Assembly (NCBI GenBank): GCA_027624045.1
Contig: JAQBUE010000002.1
Location: 6,339 to 70,338 of the forward strand
Length of the DNA: 64,000 bases
DNA from: Acidobacteriota bacterium
GTDB taxonomy: Bacteria; Acidobacteriota; Terriglobia; Bryobacterales; UBA6623
Direction of reading: 5' to 3'
The notes beneath the pieces were generated by a model. It saw nothing but the letters and a program-made list of their open reading frames with translations, was not told the origin of the DNA and searched no databases. The stretch's first letter is position 1. Each line of letters opens with the position of its first letter. Shown here in pieces: positions 19,689-28,396 of the stretch. Made by a program: the position numbers and the translations under genes.

Positions 19689-20414
19689 CTACAGCGCCCG
19701 AATACCTACTAGGGCGAGCATTCTGCCCGCGGCGTCGCCGTCGCGGCGGTGGGAATGAAAGAGTTCGGAATCGCAGCGCGTACAAAGGGTGGCGGCGTGG
19801 ATTCCTTGCCCGGCGACACCGGAATCAAGGAGCTGTCGGCGGTTTTCGGCGATGAGATCGAGATGCGGGTGTGGTTGCGCGGAGCGGATACTGCTCGGGG
19901 GAAACTGAGCGGCGACGTCGGGGCCCACTTCATAACAGCAGACGCCGATCGCGGGGCCGATGGCCGCCTCCAGGTCGGCGGGGCGGGAGCCGAAGTTGCG
20001 GTGCATTTCCGCGACCGCGTGTTGCGCGATTTGCTGCGCGGTGCCGCGCCAGCCGGCATGAACGGCGCCCACGGCGCGGCGCCTCTCGTCGATCAACAGC
20101 AAGGGCACACAGTCGGCGGTTCGGACCGTCAGCAGACGGCCGGGGTCGCTGCTGATCAAGGCGTCGGCGGGCGCGCGTTCACTTGGAACGGTAGCGCTAC
20201 GCGGGACAAGCACGTCAGCGGAATGAATCTGGTGTACCGCTTCCAGCGTCATGCCGGCGGCGCCCCAACCGGCGCTTGCCTTCACGGCGGCTGCGGGGCG
20301 CGCGAAGTCGCCCGCCGGGCGGGTCGTGAAGCCGTGAATGAGCCACGACCTATCGAGCCACGGTTCTAGCTGCAAGAGCCCGGTGGACTTGCTGAATGTG
20401 AAAGGAGGCGACAT
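19689..20414 (-). CDS. pgeF: peptidoglycan editing factor / laccase-domain protein (YfiH/DUF152)
   Basis: RTADCVPLLL and VHAGWRGT motifs, with a C-terminal HSHRRDG. Start taken at ATG 20414. Confidence 0.85.
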   Translation of the reverse strand: MSPPFTFSKSTGLLQLEPWLDRSWLIHGFTTRPAGDFARPAAAVKASAGWGAAGMTLEAVHQIHSADVLVPRSATVPSERAPADALISSDPGRLLTVRTADCVPLLLIDERRRAVGAVHAGWRGTAQQIAQHAVAEMHRNFGSRPADLEAAIGPAIGVCCYEVGPDVAAQFPPSSIRSAQPHPHLDLIAENRRQLLDSGVAGQGIHAATLCTRCDSELFHSHRRDGDAAGRMLALVGIRAL

Positions 20415-20522
20415 GGGGAAAAGAATGAGGACAGTCCGCTTCGCGCGGTTCGCAACCAGCAAGCAAGCGAGTCAGTATGCCGGTGGCGCTGGCTACAGGC
20501 CCCATTTTTCCACAGCCAGCTA

Positions 20523-21860
20523 TCAGCCCGGGGGTACGAACCAGGGGAACTCGCGCACGAGATGATATCCGAGCTCCGAATACATGTAAAAGACGATCGC
20601 GGCGATGATCGCCAGCAAGATGAAGATTACCAGCCAGATCTTGCCCCATGGCAGGCTTTGGCCTTCGCGACGCAGCAGGAACAGGTAGCTGACCAGGATG
20701 CCGACATAGAACAACAGAATCATGGGCGCGGCGAACGTGATCATGTTGAAGATGTCGGGCGTCGGGGTGATCACGGCCGCCATCACGAAGATGATCAAGA
20801 TCGCGTACCGTACGTTCCTCATCAGGAACTGCGGGCTGGCAATGCGCAGCGCCGTCAAGATGAAGATGACGATCGGCATCTGGAACACCACGCCCAGGCC
20901 GAGCAGGATGCCGATGAACATGTCTGAGTACGAGCTGATGCCAATCATCGGCACGATGCCCGATGCGCTGCCCACATCGAGCAAGAAAGCCAAGGCGAAG
21001 TTGAGCGCCACGAAATAGCCGAATGCGCCGCCCAGGATGAAGAGGATGCCACCGGACATGATGAACGGCACGGCCCAGCGGCGCTCTTTCTTATACAGAC
21101 CCGGCGCGATGAACGACCAGGCCTGTAACATCCACCAGGGCGCGGCGAGAAACAGAGATGCCAGGATCGGGAGCTTGAACCAGATCAAGTGAAACTGCTC
21201 GATGGGCGTGAGCGCGACGAGTTGAATCACAACGTCCGGTGACGTTAGTTTGATCGTCGCGACAGCCTCATCGAACGGATGCCGCATCAACTGGAATAGA
21301 TAGTCTTTGGCGGTCAGGGCGATGGCGTAGGCCAGGCCGAGTCCGATGAGCGCGCGAATGATGCGGGTGCGCAGTTCCTCGAGGTGTTCGAGGAACGACA
21401 TGCGCGACATACCTTCTTCGTGATCGTCATCGTCCTCGACGTCTTCGTCTTCCACTGGAGGCGGTGGAGGAGGAGGCGCCGCCTGGGCGGGTTCGGGCTC
21501 AGCGGTATCGACGGCGGCCTTCTCGGACTGCGGTTCTTGGTAGTTGTACTCGTACTCTTGGTAGGGGTCGTCGTAATAGGTGGCTGTGGGCGGATCGTCG
21601 TTCTGCGCGCCCGTTTCGGCTGGGGCGTCGGCATCCGTCGATGGAGACTCGGCGCTCTCGGCCGAGGGCTCGTCGGAGGCTGGCCCGCAGTCGCCCGCCG
21701 CTTCCGGCGGCGAGGCATCTATCCCCTCTTGGGGTTCTTCTGGTTCGCTGGGCGCAGCGGTTTCGTCCGAGGTTTGATCCTCGGCGTCCGGGCGGGATTC
21801 GTCGGCGGACGCAGGGGTGCCGTCGCGGCTCTCCCGCGATTTTTGATCGTCGGAACTCAT
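20523..21860 (-). CDS. tatC: twin-arginine translocase subunit TatC, possibly with a ~150-aa acidic N-terminal extension
   Basis: The canonical TatC core begins MSFLEHLEELRTRIIRALIG (ATG 21401, preceded by GAAGG) and has 6 TM segments. The open frame continues upstream to ATG 21860, 10 nt after the tatA stop. Confidence 0.9.
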   Translation of the reverse strand: MSSDDQKSRESRDGTPASADESRPDAEDQTSDETAAPSEPEEPQEGIDASPPEAAGDCGPASDEPSAESAESPSTDADAPAETGAQNDDPPTATYYDDPYQEYEYNYQEPQSEKAAVDTAEPEPAQAAPPPPPPPVEDEDVEDDDDHEEGMSRMSFLEHLEELRTRIIRALIGLGLAYAIALTAKDYLFQLMRHPFDEAVATIKLTSPDVVIQLVALTPIEQFHLIWFKLPILASLFLAAPWWMLQAWSFIAPGLYKKERRWAVPFIMSGGILFILGGAFGYFVALNFALAFLLDVGSASGIVPMIGISSYSDMFIGILLGLGVVFQMPIVIFILTALRIASPQFLMRNVRYAILIIFVMAAVITPTPDIFNMITFAAPMILLFYVGILVSYLFLLRREGQSLPWGKIWLVIFILLAIIAAIVFYMYSELGYHLVREFPWFVPPG

Positions 21861-21870
21861 TCGGTCTTAC

Positions 21871-22353
21871 TTAACTGGCTTTGGTTTCGGAGCCGGCTTT
21901 GGCGCTCGATTCCGCCGGCTTCGGTTCACTGCTAGCAACGGCCGGGGCGCTTTGGCCGTTGCTGGATCCGACACTCGAATCGCCATCGATGGTGGGGCTT
22001 GTGCTGGTCTCAACTGTTGAAGACGCTGCTATGGTCTTCGAAGTCGAGGCCCCGCTATCGGAAGGCGTGTCGTCGTACTTGTAATAGTCGTCTTCGCTGT
22101 CGTCGTAATAATTCGAACTGATCTGCTTGTTGACTTCCGTCTTGATCTCGTTGGCGGTTTCCTTGAGGTTCGTCTCCCGCTCGATGTTGTCCATCTCTGT
22201 TTGGAAGGTGGACTTCAACTCGTTGGAGGCCCGCCGGAATTCCGCCATTCCCTTGCCGAAGGTGCGGCCGAGTTCAGGCAGCTTCTTGGGCCCAAACACA
22301 AGGAGGGCCAGCACGAAGATGAAAACCATCTCCGGTACGCCAAGTGGTCCCAT
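21871..22353 (-). CDS. tatA: twin-arginine translocase subunit TatA/E with long Ser/Thr/Asp/Tyr-rich tail
   Basis: From ATG 22353: MGPLGVPEMVFIFVLALLVFGPKKLPELGRTFGKGMAEFRRA, the TatA TM plus amphipathic helix. About 80 low-complexity residues follow. Confidence 0.85.
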   Translation of the reverse strand: MGPLGVPEMVFIFVLALLVFGPKKLPELGRTFGKGMAEFRRASNELKSTFQTEMDNIERETNLKETANEIKTEVNKQISSNYYDDSEDDYYKYDDTPSDSGASTSKTIAASSTVETSTSPTIDGDSSVGSSNGQSAPAVASSEPKPAESSAKAGSETKAS

Positions 22354-22565
22354 TCGTAATCTTCCTATCCCTAAACGGCGGCAAAAGCCAACTTGATGAT
22401 AGCTGCGGCCGAAACGATCAGTCAACCGCGCCGGTTGAGCCTCGGTTACCCCCGGGGCCGCCCTGGGGATTGCGCAGGCAGCCGTGTTTCTTGACAGGGC
22501 GCGGAACACATCTTAGCCTTGAGGAGGGAGTTCGGCCTGCCGGGTCTGGGGACTCCTGCAAATTT

Positions 22566-24959
22566 ATGGTCCTGGCGCGGATTGTCTTAGCGATGACGCT
22601 GGCCCTAGCGGTGCAGACTGCCTGTGTCGCTAGTGGGGCTGCTCAGGGGGCCGCTCAGATCGAGAACGCCGCCGGCTTTGATCAAGACGTCACACCTTTT
22701 CTGAAGACTCACTGCGTCGCCTGCCACAGCTCGGAGCTGCGGATGGGGGGCGTCGATCTCGGCGCTTATACCGATGCCCAGAGGGCATTGCAAGATGCGG
22801 CGCTCTGGGATCGCGCGACCCAGATGGTTCGGGCCGAGCTGATGCCGCCGAAGGGTCTGCCCAGGCCCGCGCGCGAGGAGGTCGATCGTTTCCTGCGCTG
22901 GTTTGAGTCGCAAACCGGCAGCGGAGTATCAGATGCGGACGTATCGGAGGCGTCCGTATCGAGGCCGGGCGATCCGGGCCGCGTGACAGCTCGCCGTCTG
23001 AACCGCCAGGAGTACAACAACACGGTGCGCGATCTGGTGGGCATCGATTTCCGGCCGGCGGACGGGTTTCCGGCGGACGACTCCGGTTACGGATTCGACA
23101 ACATCGGCGACGTGCTGTCGCTCCCGCCGGTGCTGATGGAGAAATATCTGGCCGCCGCGGAACTCATCGCGGAAAAGGCGATCGTCGCCGAGCCGCACTT
23201 TGAGCCCACGCTCGAGAAGCATCTGGCACCGCGCACGGCCGAAGCCAAGGGCGCGATCGAGTTCTCTTGGGAAGGCTCGATGGAGGTCGTCCATGACTTC
23301 CCGCGCGATGCGGAGTACAAGATCAAAGTCAGTGCGGTAGATCGCCGCAAGGTGCCTGAGGACAAGCCGGGGGAGCCGAAGGCGGAACCGCCGCCGGCGC
23401 TGCCGTTCGAGTTTACGATCGACGGTGAACGCGTCGAAGTCTTTCAGGTCCGTTCGCAGTACTACGGCAAGAACACTGATGAGGTCACGCTCAACCTGCC
23501 GCGCGGCCCGCATACTTTGGCGGCGCGTTTTCTCGTAGACGTCACAAAGATCCCCGATCATGAGGCCGAAAAGTATGACAAGCCACGCAGGATGGCCTTT
23601 GGCGACTACTTTGAGATTCTCGGTCCGTTCAACGCCCGGCTGCCGCCGCTCCCGGAAAGCCACGAGAAGATCTTCACGTGCGGCGAACCTGAGTTCGGGC
23701 GTTATCCTCCGGGTTGCATCGAGCGAGTCATCGAGAATCTGGCGCGGCGGGCATATCGGCGACCGGTAGCGCGGGAGGAAATCGATGGGCTCAAGCGGCT
23801 CATCGACTTGGCGCGTGAGAACGGCGATTCGATCGAGCAGGGCATGAGGCTTGTCCTGCAGGCGGTGCTGGTTTCACCACACTTCCTGTTCCGGATCGAG
23901 CATGACCCTGATCCGAATGACCCCGGCGCGATTCATGAAGTCGACCCCTATGAGCTGGCTTCGCGGCTCTCATATTTCCTGTGGAGCAGCATGCCAGATG
24001 GTCGCCTGCTGGAGCGCGCCACAAGCCTGGAGCTATCGAGGCCCGAACTACTCGAAGAGGAAGTCACGCGCATGCTCGCCGACCCTCGCTCACAGGCCCT
24101 GATCGAAAACTTCGCGGGGCAGTGGCTCGAGTTGCGCAATCTCGCATTGGCCTCTCCAGACCCGGACATCTTTCCCGAGTTCGATGACGAACTGCGGTCG
24201 GCGATTCGCACCGAAACCGAGTTGTTCTTCGAGACCGTGCTGCGCGAAGACCGCACGCTGGCCGACTTTCTGGACGGCCGCTTCACGTTCTTGAATGAGC
24301 GTCTGGCGCGGCACTACGGAGTAGCGGGCGTGGAAGGTCCGGAGTTCCGTCGGGTGAGCCTTGATGGCAGTCAACGTAGCGGCATTCTGACGCAGGCCAG
24401 CGTGCTGCTGCTGTCCTCGTATCCAACACGCACGTCGCCGGTGCTGCGAGGCAAGTGGCTGCTGGACAGTATCCTCGGTACGCCGCCACCGCCTCCACCC
24501 GCCGCTGTACCGGCACTCGAAGAGACAGTTGTGGCCGGCGGCACGCTCAGGCAGCAACTCGAGATGCACCGCGCCAATCCGGCCTGTGCTTCCTGCCACG
24601 AGAAGATGGATGCACTCGGGTTCGGGATGGAAAACTACGACCCGATTGGGCGCTGGCGGACAGATGACAGGGGGCTTCCGCTCGATACGTCAGGGGTGCT
24701 GCCGGGTGGCGAATCGTTCGTGGGGCCCGCCGAACTCAAGCAAATTCTCAAGGCCCAAAAGGCGGATTTCGCGCGCTGTTTGACGGAAAAAATGTTAACC
24801 TACGCCCTAGGAAGAGGGCTGGAGAGGTTTGACCGGTCCACTGTCGATAGCATTGTCAGCACCCTGGCGGAGGACGACTATCGGTTCTCGCGTCTGATAG
24901 CAGAGATTGTAAAGAGCAAGCCCTTCCGCATGCGGCGGGGCGAGGAAGGGACATCGTGA
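22566..24959 (+). CDS. DUF1592-family multidomain protein (DUF1587/1592/1595/1588/1585-like) with N-terminal heme-binding motif
   Basis: Signal peptide from ATG 22566 (MVLARIVLAMTLALAVQTACVASGAAQG). CVACHS is a CxxCH motif. RRLNRQEYNNTVRDLVGIDF, CASCHEKMDALGFGMENYDPIGRWR and CLTEKMLTYALGRGLE match conserved blocks of this family. Confidence 0.85.
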   Translation: MVLARIVLAMTLALAVQTACVASGAAQGAAQIENAAGFDQDVTPFLKTHCVACHSSELRMGGVDLGAYTDAQRALQDAALWDRATQMVRAELMPPKGLPRPAREEVDRFLRWFESQTGSGVSDADVSEASVSRPGDPGRVTARRLNRQEYNNTVRDLVGIDFRPADGFPADDSGYGFDNIGDVLSLPPVLMEKYLAAAELIAEKAIVAEPHFEPTLEKHLAPRTAEAKGAIEFSWEGSMEVVHDFPRDAEYKIKVSAVDRRKVPEDKPGEPKAEPPPALPFEFTIDGERVEVFQVRSQYYGKNTDEVTLNLPRGPHTLAARFLVDVTKIPDHEAEKYDKPRRMAFGDYFEILGPFNARLPPLPESHEKIFTCGEPEFGRYPPGCIERVIENLARRAYRRPVAREEIDGLKRLIDLARENGDSIEQGMRLVLQAVLVSPHFLFRIEHDPDPNDPGAIHEVDPYELASRLSYFLWSSMPDGRLLERATSLELSRPELLEEEVTRMLADPRSQALIENFAGQWLELRNLALASPDPDIFPEFDDELRSAIRTETELFFETVLREDRTLADFLDGRFTFLNERLARHYGVAGVEGPEFRRVSLDGSQRSGILTQASVLLLSSYPTRTSPVLRGKWLLDSILGTPPPPPPAAVPALEETVVAGGTLRQQLEMHRANPACASCHEKMDALGFGMENYDPIGRWRTDDRGLPLDTSGVLPGGESFVGPAELKQILKAQKADFARCLTEKMLTYALGRGLERFDRSTVDSIVSTLAEDDYRFSRLIAEIVKSKPFRMRRGEEGTS

Positions 24960-26311
24960 TGCGACACGCACGGCTTTCGAGACGGACACTCCTCAGAGGC
25001 ATGGGCGCCGCGGTTGCTCTTCCCGTTCTTGACGCAATGCGGCCTGCTTTCGCGGCTTCCTCAAGCCGCTTGACGACGCAAGCCCCCGTCAGGATCGCGT
25101 TCTCTTATGTCCCCAACGGCATCATCATGGAGGACTGGACGCCGGCGGTGGAAGGTGCCCTCGGGAGCCTGCCGAAGCTGCTCGAACCGGTCGCCAAGTT
25201 TCGTGACGATGTGATGGTCATGTCCGGGCTGACCCACAACAATGGGCGGGCACTGGGTGACGGACCGGGCGACCACGCGCGGGCGGCGGCCTCATTCCTC
25301 ACCGGCGTGCATCCGAGGAAGACCGATGGCGCTGATATTCACAACGGTATCTCGGTCGATCAGGTAGCGGCTAACCTGCTGGGCGGCCAGACGCGTTTCG
25401 CGTCCCTCGAATTGGGTACCGAACATGGCCGCTTGGCTGGGAACTGCGATTCCGGCTATAGCTGCGCCTATAGCAACAGCATTTCCTGGCGCAGCGAGAC
25501 GACACCGATGCCGCCGGAGGTGAATCCGCGGCTCGTGTTCGAGCGGCTCTTTGGGCGGCCCGGAGTGAGTGACGATCCAGTCGAGCGCGCCAAGCGCCAG
25601 CGCTACAACAAGAGTATTCTCGATTTCGTTCGTGAGGATACGCGGCAGCTGCAGGCCGATCTGGGTCCGACCGATCAGCGCAAACTTGATGAGTATCTGA
25701 CGGGTGTGCGCGAGATCGAAAAACGTATCGCGGCGACGGAGGCTTCGGCTGATCAGGTGGACCCGGGCATGGCCCGGCCGTCAGGCGTGCCGGTCGATTT
25801 CGCCGAACACGTTAAGTTGATGTACGACTTGCAAGTGGTTGCGTTCCAAACCGACCAGACGCGCATCACAACGTTCATGATGGGCGGCGAAGGCAGCAAC
25901 CGCACCTACCGCGAGATCGGCGTATCGGAAGCTCACCACGGGCTCACGCACCACCAGGGCGACGAATACAAGATCGCGCAGATCAGCAAGATCAATCACT
26001 ACCACATGGAGCTGTTCTCCTACTTTTTGGAGAAGCTGGACTCGATCCCCGAAGGCGATGGCACGTTGCTCGACAATTCGATCGTTGTCTATGGCAGCGG
26101 GCTCGCCGACGGAAACCGGCACACACACCACGACCTGCCCGTCCTCGTAGCGGGACGCGCCGGAGGCCTGCTCCATCCCGGTCGCCACCTGCGCTACAAG
26201 ATGGAAACGCCCATGGCGAATCTGTACATGACGCTGCTCGATCGGCTCGGCGTGCAGCCCGAGACGATTGGCGACGCCAATGGCCGCCTTGAGCACTTGA
26301 CAGACGTCTAG
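24956..26311 (+). CDS. DUF1552 domain protein with twin-arginine signal
   Basis: N-terminal LSRRTLLRGMGAAVALPVLDA is a Tat-type signal. The start overlaps the upstream stop (GTGATG). DUF1552 is the usual partner of DUF1592-family genes. Confidence 0.85.
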   Translation: MMRHARLSRRTLLRGMGAAVALPVLDAMRPAFAASSSRLTTQAPVRIAFSYVPNGIIMEDWTPAVEGALGSLPKLLEPVAKFRDDVMVMSGLTHNNGRALGDGPGDHARAAASFLTGVHPRKTDGADIHNGISVDQVAANLLGGQTRFASLELGTEHGRLAGNCDSGYSCAYSNSISWRSETTPMPPEVNPRLVFERLFGRPGVSDDPVERAKRQRYNKSILDFVREDTRQLQADLGPTDQRKLDEYLTGVREIEKRIAATEASADQVDPGMARPSGVPVDFAEHVKLMYDLQVVAFQTDQTRITTFMMGGEGSNRTYREIGVSEAHHGLTHHQGDEYKIAQISKINHYHMELFSYFLEKLDSIPEGDGTLLDNSIVVYGSGLADGNRHTHHDLPVLVAGRAGGLLHPGRHLRYKMETPMANLYMTLLDRLGVQPETIGDANGRLEHLTDV

Positions 26312-26333
26312 ATGGAAGGCGTAGCGGATCGTT

Positions 26334-26594
26334 ATGGCACAGGAACCGAATCAAGAACGCCGGCAGGCTCACGATTTACTGGATCTGCTGCCCGCCGATA
26401 AGGTCAACGTCGTCCGGAACCTGCTCGAAGTGATGGTGGAACCGCTTGCGCGTTCGCTCGCCGGATCTCCCGTGGAAGAGCAGGACGTCACACCGGAGAC
26501 GGCGGCGGCAGTCGATCGGGCCCGGGCATCGCTCGCTCGCGGCGAGGGAGTCCCTCATGAGGAGATTCGCCGCGAGTTCGGACTGAGCCAGTGA
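26334..26594 (+). CDS. putative type II antitoxin (partner of RelE/ParE-like gene)
   Basis: 86-aa acidic ORF whose stop overlaps the GTG of the downstream RelE/ParE-like frame in a GTGA. The family is inferred from position only. Confidence 0.5.
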   Translation: MAQEPNQERRQAHDLLDLLPADKVNVVRNLLEVMVEPLARSLAGSPVEEQDVTPETAAAVDRARASLARGEGVPHEEIRREFGLSQ

Positions 26595-26863
26595 ACGAGG
26601 GCGACGCGCCCAAGCGCGTCAGCGTTCTGTGGTCGCCGGAAGCACGCGCCGACCTGCGGGCTATCGATCGCGAAACGGCAATGCAGATTCTCTCCTGCAT
26701 CGATTGATATGTAGCCGGCCGCACCGGGGATGTGAAAAAGCTAAAGCCGCCGCGGACGGACTTTCGCCTCCGCTGTGGTGACTACCGCATCTTCTTCGAG
26801 CCCGCCAACCTTAACGCGATCCATATCACCACCATCCGCCACCGCCGCGAAGCTTACCGCTAA
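26591..26863 (+). pseudogene. RelE/ParE-family toxin interrupted by one in-frame TGA
   Basis: GTG 26591 reads VNEGDAPKRVSVLWSPEARADLRAIDRETAMQILSCID, then TGA at 26705-26707. The same frame continues YVAGRTGDVKKLKPPRTDFRLRCGDYRIFFEPANLNAIHITTIRHRREAYR to TAA 26861-26863. GDVKKL...RLRxGDYRxxF...HRREAYR is the RelE/ParE core. Confidence 0.75.
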
Positions 26864-26911
26864 CTAACGGGCGGTTTCGGTCTGGCCGACCGGCGCCCCC
26901 TGCGCGGATGC

Positions 26912-28300
26912 TTACTCGGCAATACCGCCTTCGGTCATCTTCCTTGGGTCGAGCAAACGGTCGAGGTCTTCGGGCGTAAGGTCCGTTTGTTCCAAAGCGA
27001 CATCCTTCAACTTGCGGCCTTCGGCGTAAGCCTGTTTGGCGACGGCGGCTCCTTTTTCGTAGCCGATCACGGGGTTGAGGGCGGTCACGAGAATCGGGTT
27101 CTTCTCGACGAGTTCAGCGACGCGCGCTTCGTTGACTTTGAATCCTTCGATCGCCTTGTCGGCCAAAAGGCGCGTGACGTTGCCTAACAGACGGGCGCTT
27201 TCGAGGATGTTGTAGGCAATGATAGGCAGCATGACGTTCAACTGAAAGCTGCCGGACTGTCCCGCGATGGTGATGGTGGCGTCGTTGCCGATGACTTGGG
27301 CGCAGACCATGGCGGCGGCTTCGGGTATGACGGGGTTAACTTTGCCGGGCATGATGCTGCTGCCGGGTTGCAGCGAGGGCAGTGCGATATCGGCGATGCC
27401 GGCTTGCGGACCGCTGTTCATCCAGCGCAGGTCGTTGGCGATTTTCGTGACAGCCACGGCGCCGGCCTTGATCTGCCCGCTGAGCTCGACCATGGCGTCC
27501 TGGCTGGCGAGGCTCATGAAGTAGTTGCGGCTGCTGAGAAACGGCAGACCGGTTAGCCTGGCGAGGCGCTTGGCGACGCGCGGGCCGAACTCGGGATGGG
27601 CGTTGACGCCGGTGCCGATGGCGGTTCCGCCCAGAGCCAGGGCCGAGACGCGCGGCAGCGAAGAGCGAATGCGCGCGGCGGCGTGGTCCAGTTGACCGCT
27701 CCAGCCACTCATTTCCTGACTGAAGCGGATCGGCAGCGCGTCCATCAGATGCGTGCGCCCGGTCTTGACGATGTTGTCGAGCGTCTCGGCCTTGCGGTCG
27801 ATGGTGTCGCGCAGGTGTTCGATGCCAGGCAGCAGCGTTTCAGCGGTTTCGAGATAGGCGCTGACGTGAATGGCGGTCGGGATCACATCGTTGCTGCTTT
27901 GGCCCATGTTGACGTGGTCGTTGGGGTGGACCTTGGCACCCAGCTTGGCCGTCGCGAGCGTCGCGATGACCTCGTTGGCGTTCATGTTGGTGCTGGTGCC
28001 GGAGCCGGTTTGGAAGATGTCGAGCGGAAACTGATCGTCGTGCTCGCCGTTGGCGACTTCGTTGGATGCGTCTTCGATGGCTCTCGCCATGTCAGCCTCC
28101 ATCAGGCCAAGTTCGTGGTTGACGACGGCGGCCGCGCCCTTGACGAGACCGAGGGCGCGCAAGAAGGTGCGCGGGAAGCGCAATCCGCTGACAGGGAAAT
28201 TGTCGACAGCACGCTGGGTTTGAGCCGCGTAGAGGGCGTCGGCGGGGACGCGGACTTCACCCATGCTGTCTTTTTCAATACGGAAGCTTTGTTCGGACAT
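26912..28300 (-). CDS. fumC: class II fumarate hydratase
   Basis: GSSIMPGKVNP signature, N-terminal FRIEKDSMGEVRVPADALYAAQTQRAVDNF, 462 aa. Confidence 0.95.
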   Translation of the reverse strand: MSEQSFRIEKDSMGEVRVPADALYAAQTQRAVDNFPVSGLRFPRTFLRALGLVKGAAAVVNHELGLMEADMARAIEDASNEVANGEHDDQFPLDIFQTGSGTSTNMNANEVIATLATAKLGAKVHPNDHVNMGQSSNDVIPTAIHVSAYLETAETLLPGIEHLRDTIDRKAETLDNIVKTGRTHLMDALPIRFSQEMSGWSGQLDHAAARIRSSLPRVSALALGGTAIGTGVNAHPEFGPRVAKRLARLTGLPFLSSRNYFMSLASQDAMVELSGQIKAGAVAVTKIANDLRWMNSGPQAGIADIALPSLQPGSSIMPGKVNPVIPEAAAMVCAQVIGNDATITIAGQSGSFQLNVMLPIIAYNILESARLLGNVTRLLADKAIEGFKVNEARVAELVEKNPILVTALNPVIGYEKGAAVAKQAYAEGRKLKDVALEQTDLTPEDLDRLLDPRKMTEGGIAE

Positions 28301-28396
28301 AGTTGATCTTCTTTCTCGTGGGCAGACCCTATTTTTTCATAGTTGGCGACAAGCTGGTTTGGGTCGAACGGGACTTGAGCGTAGGTCGCCGCATCG

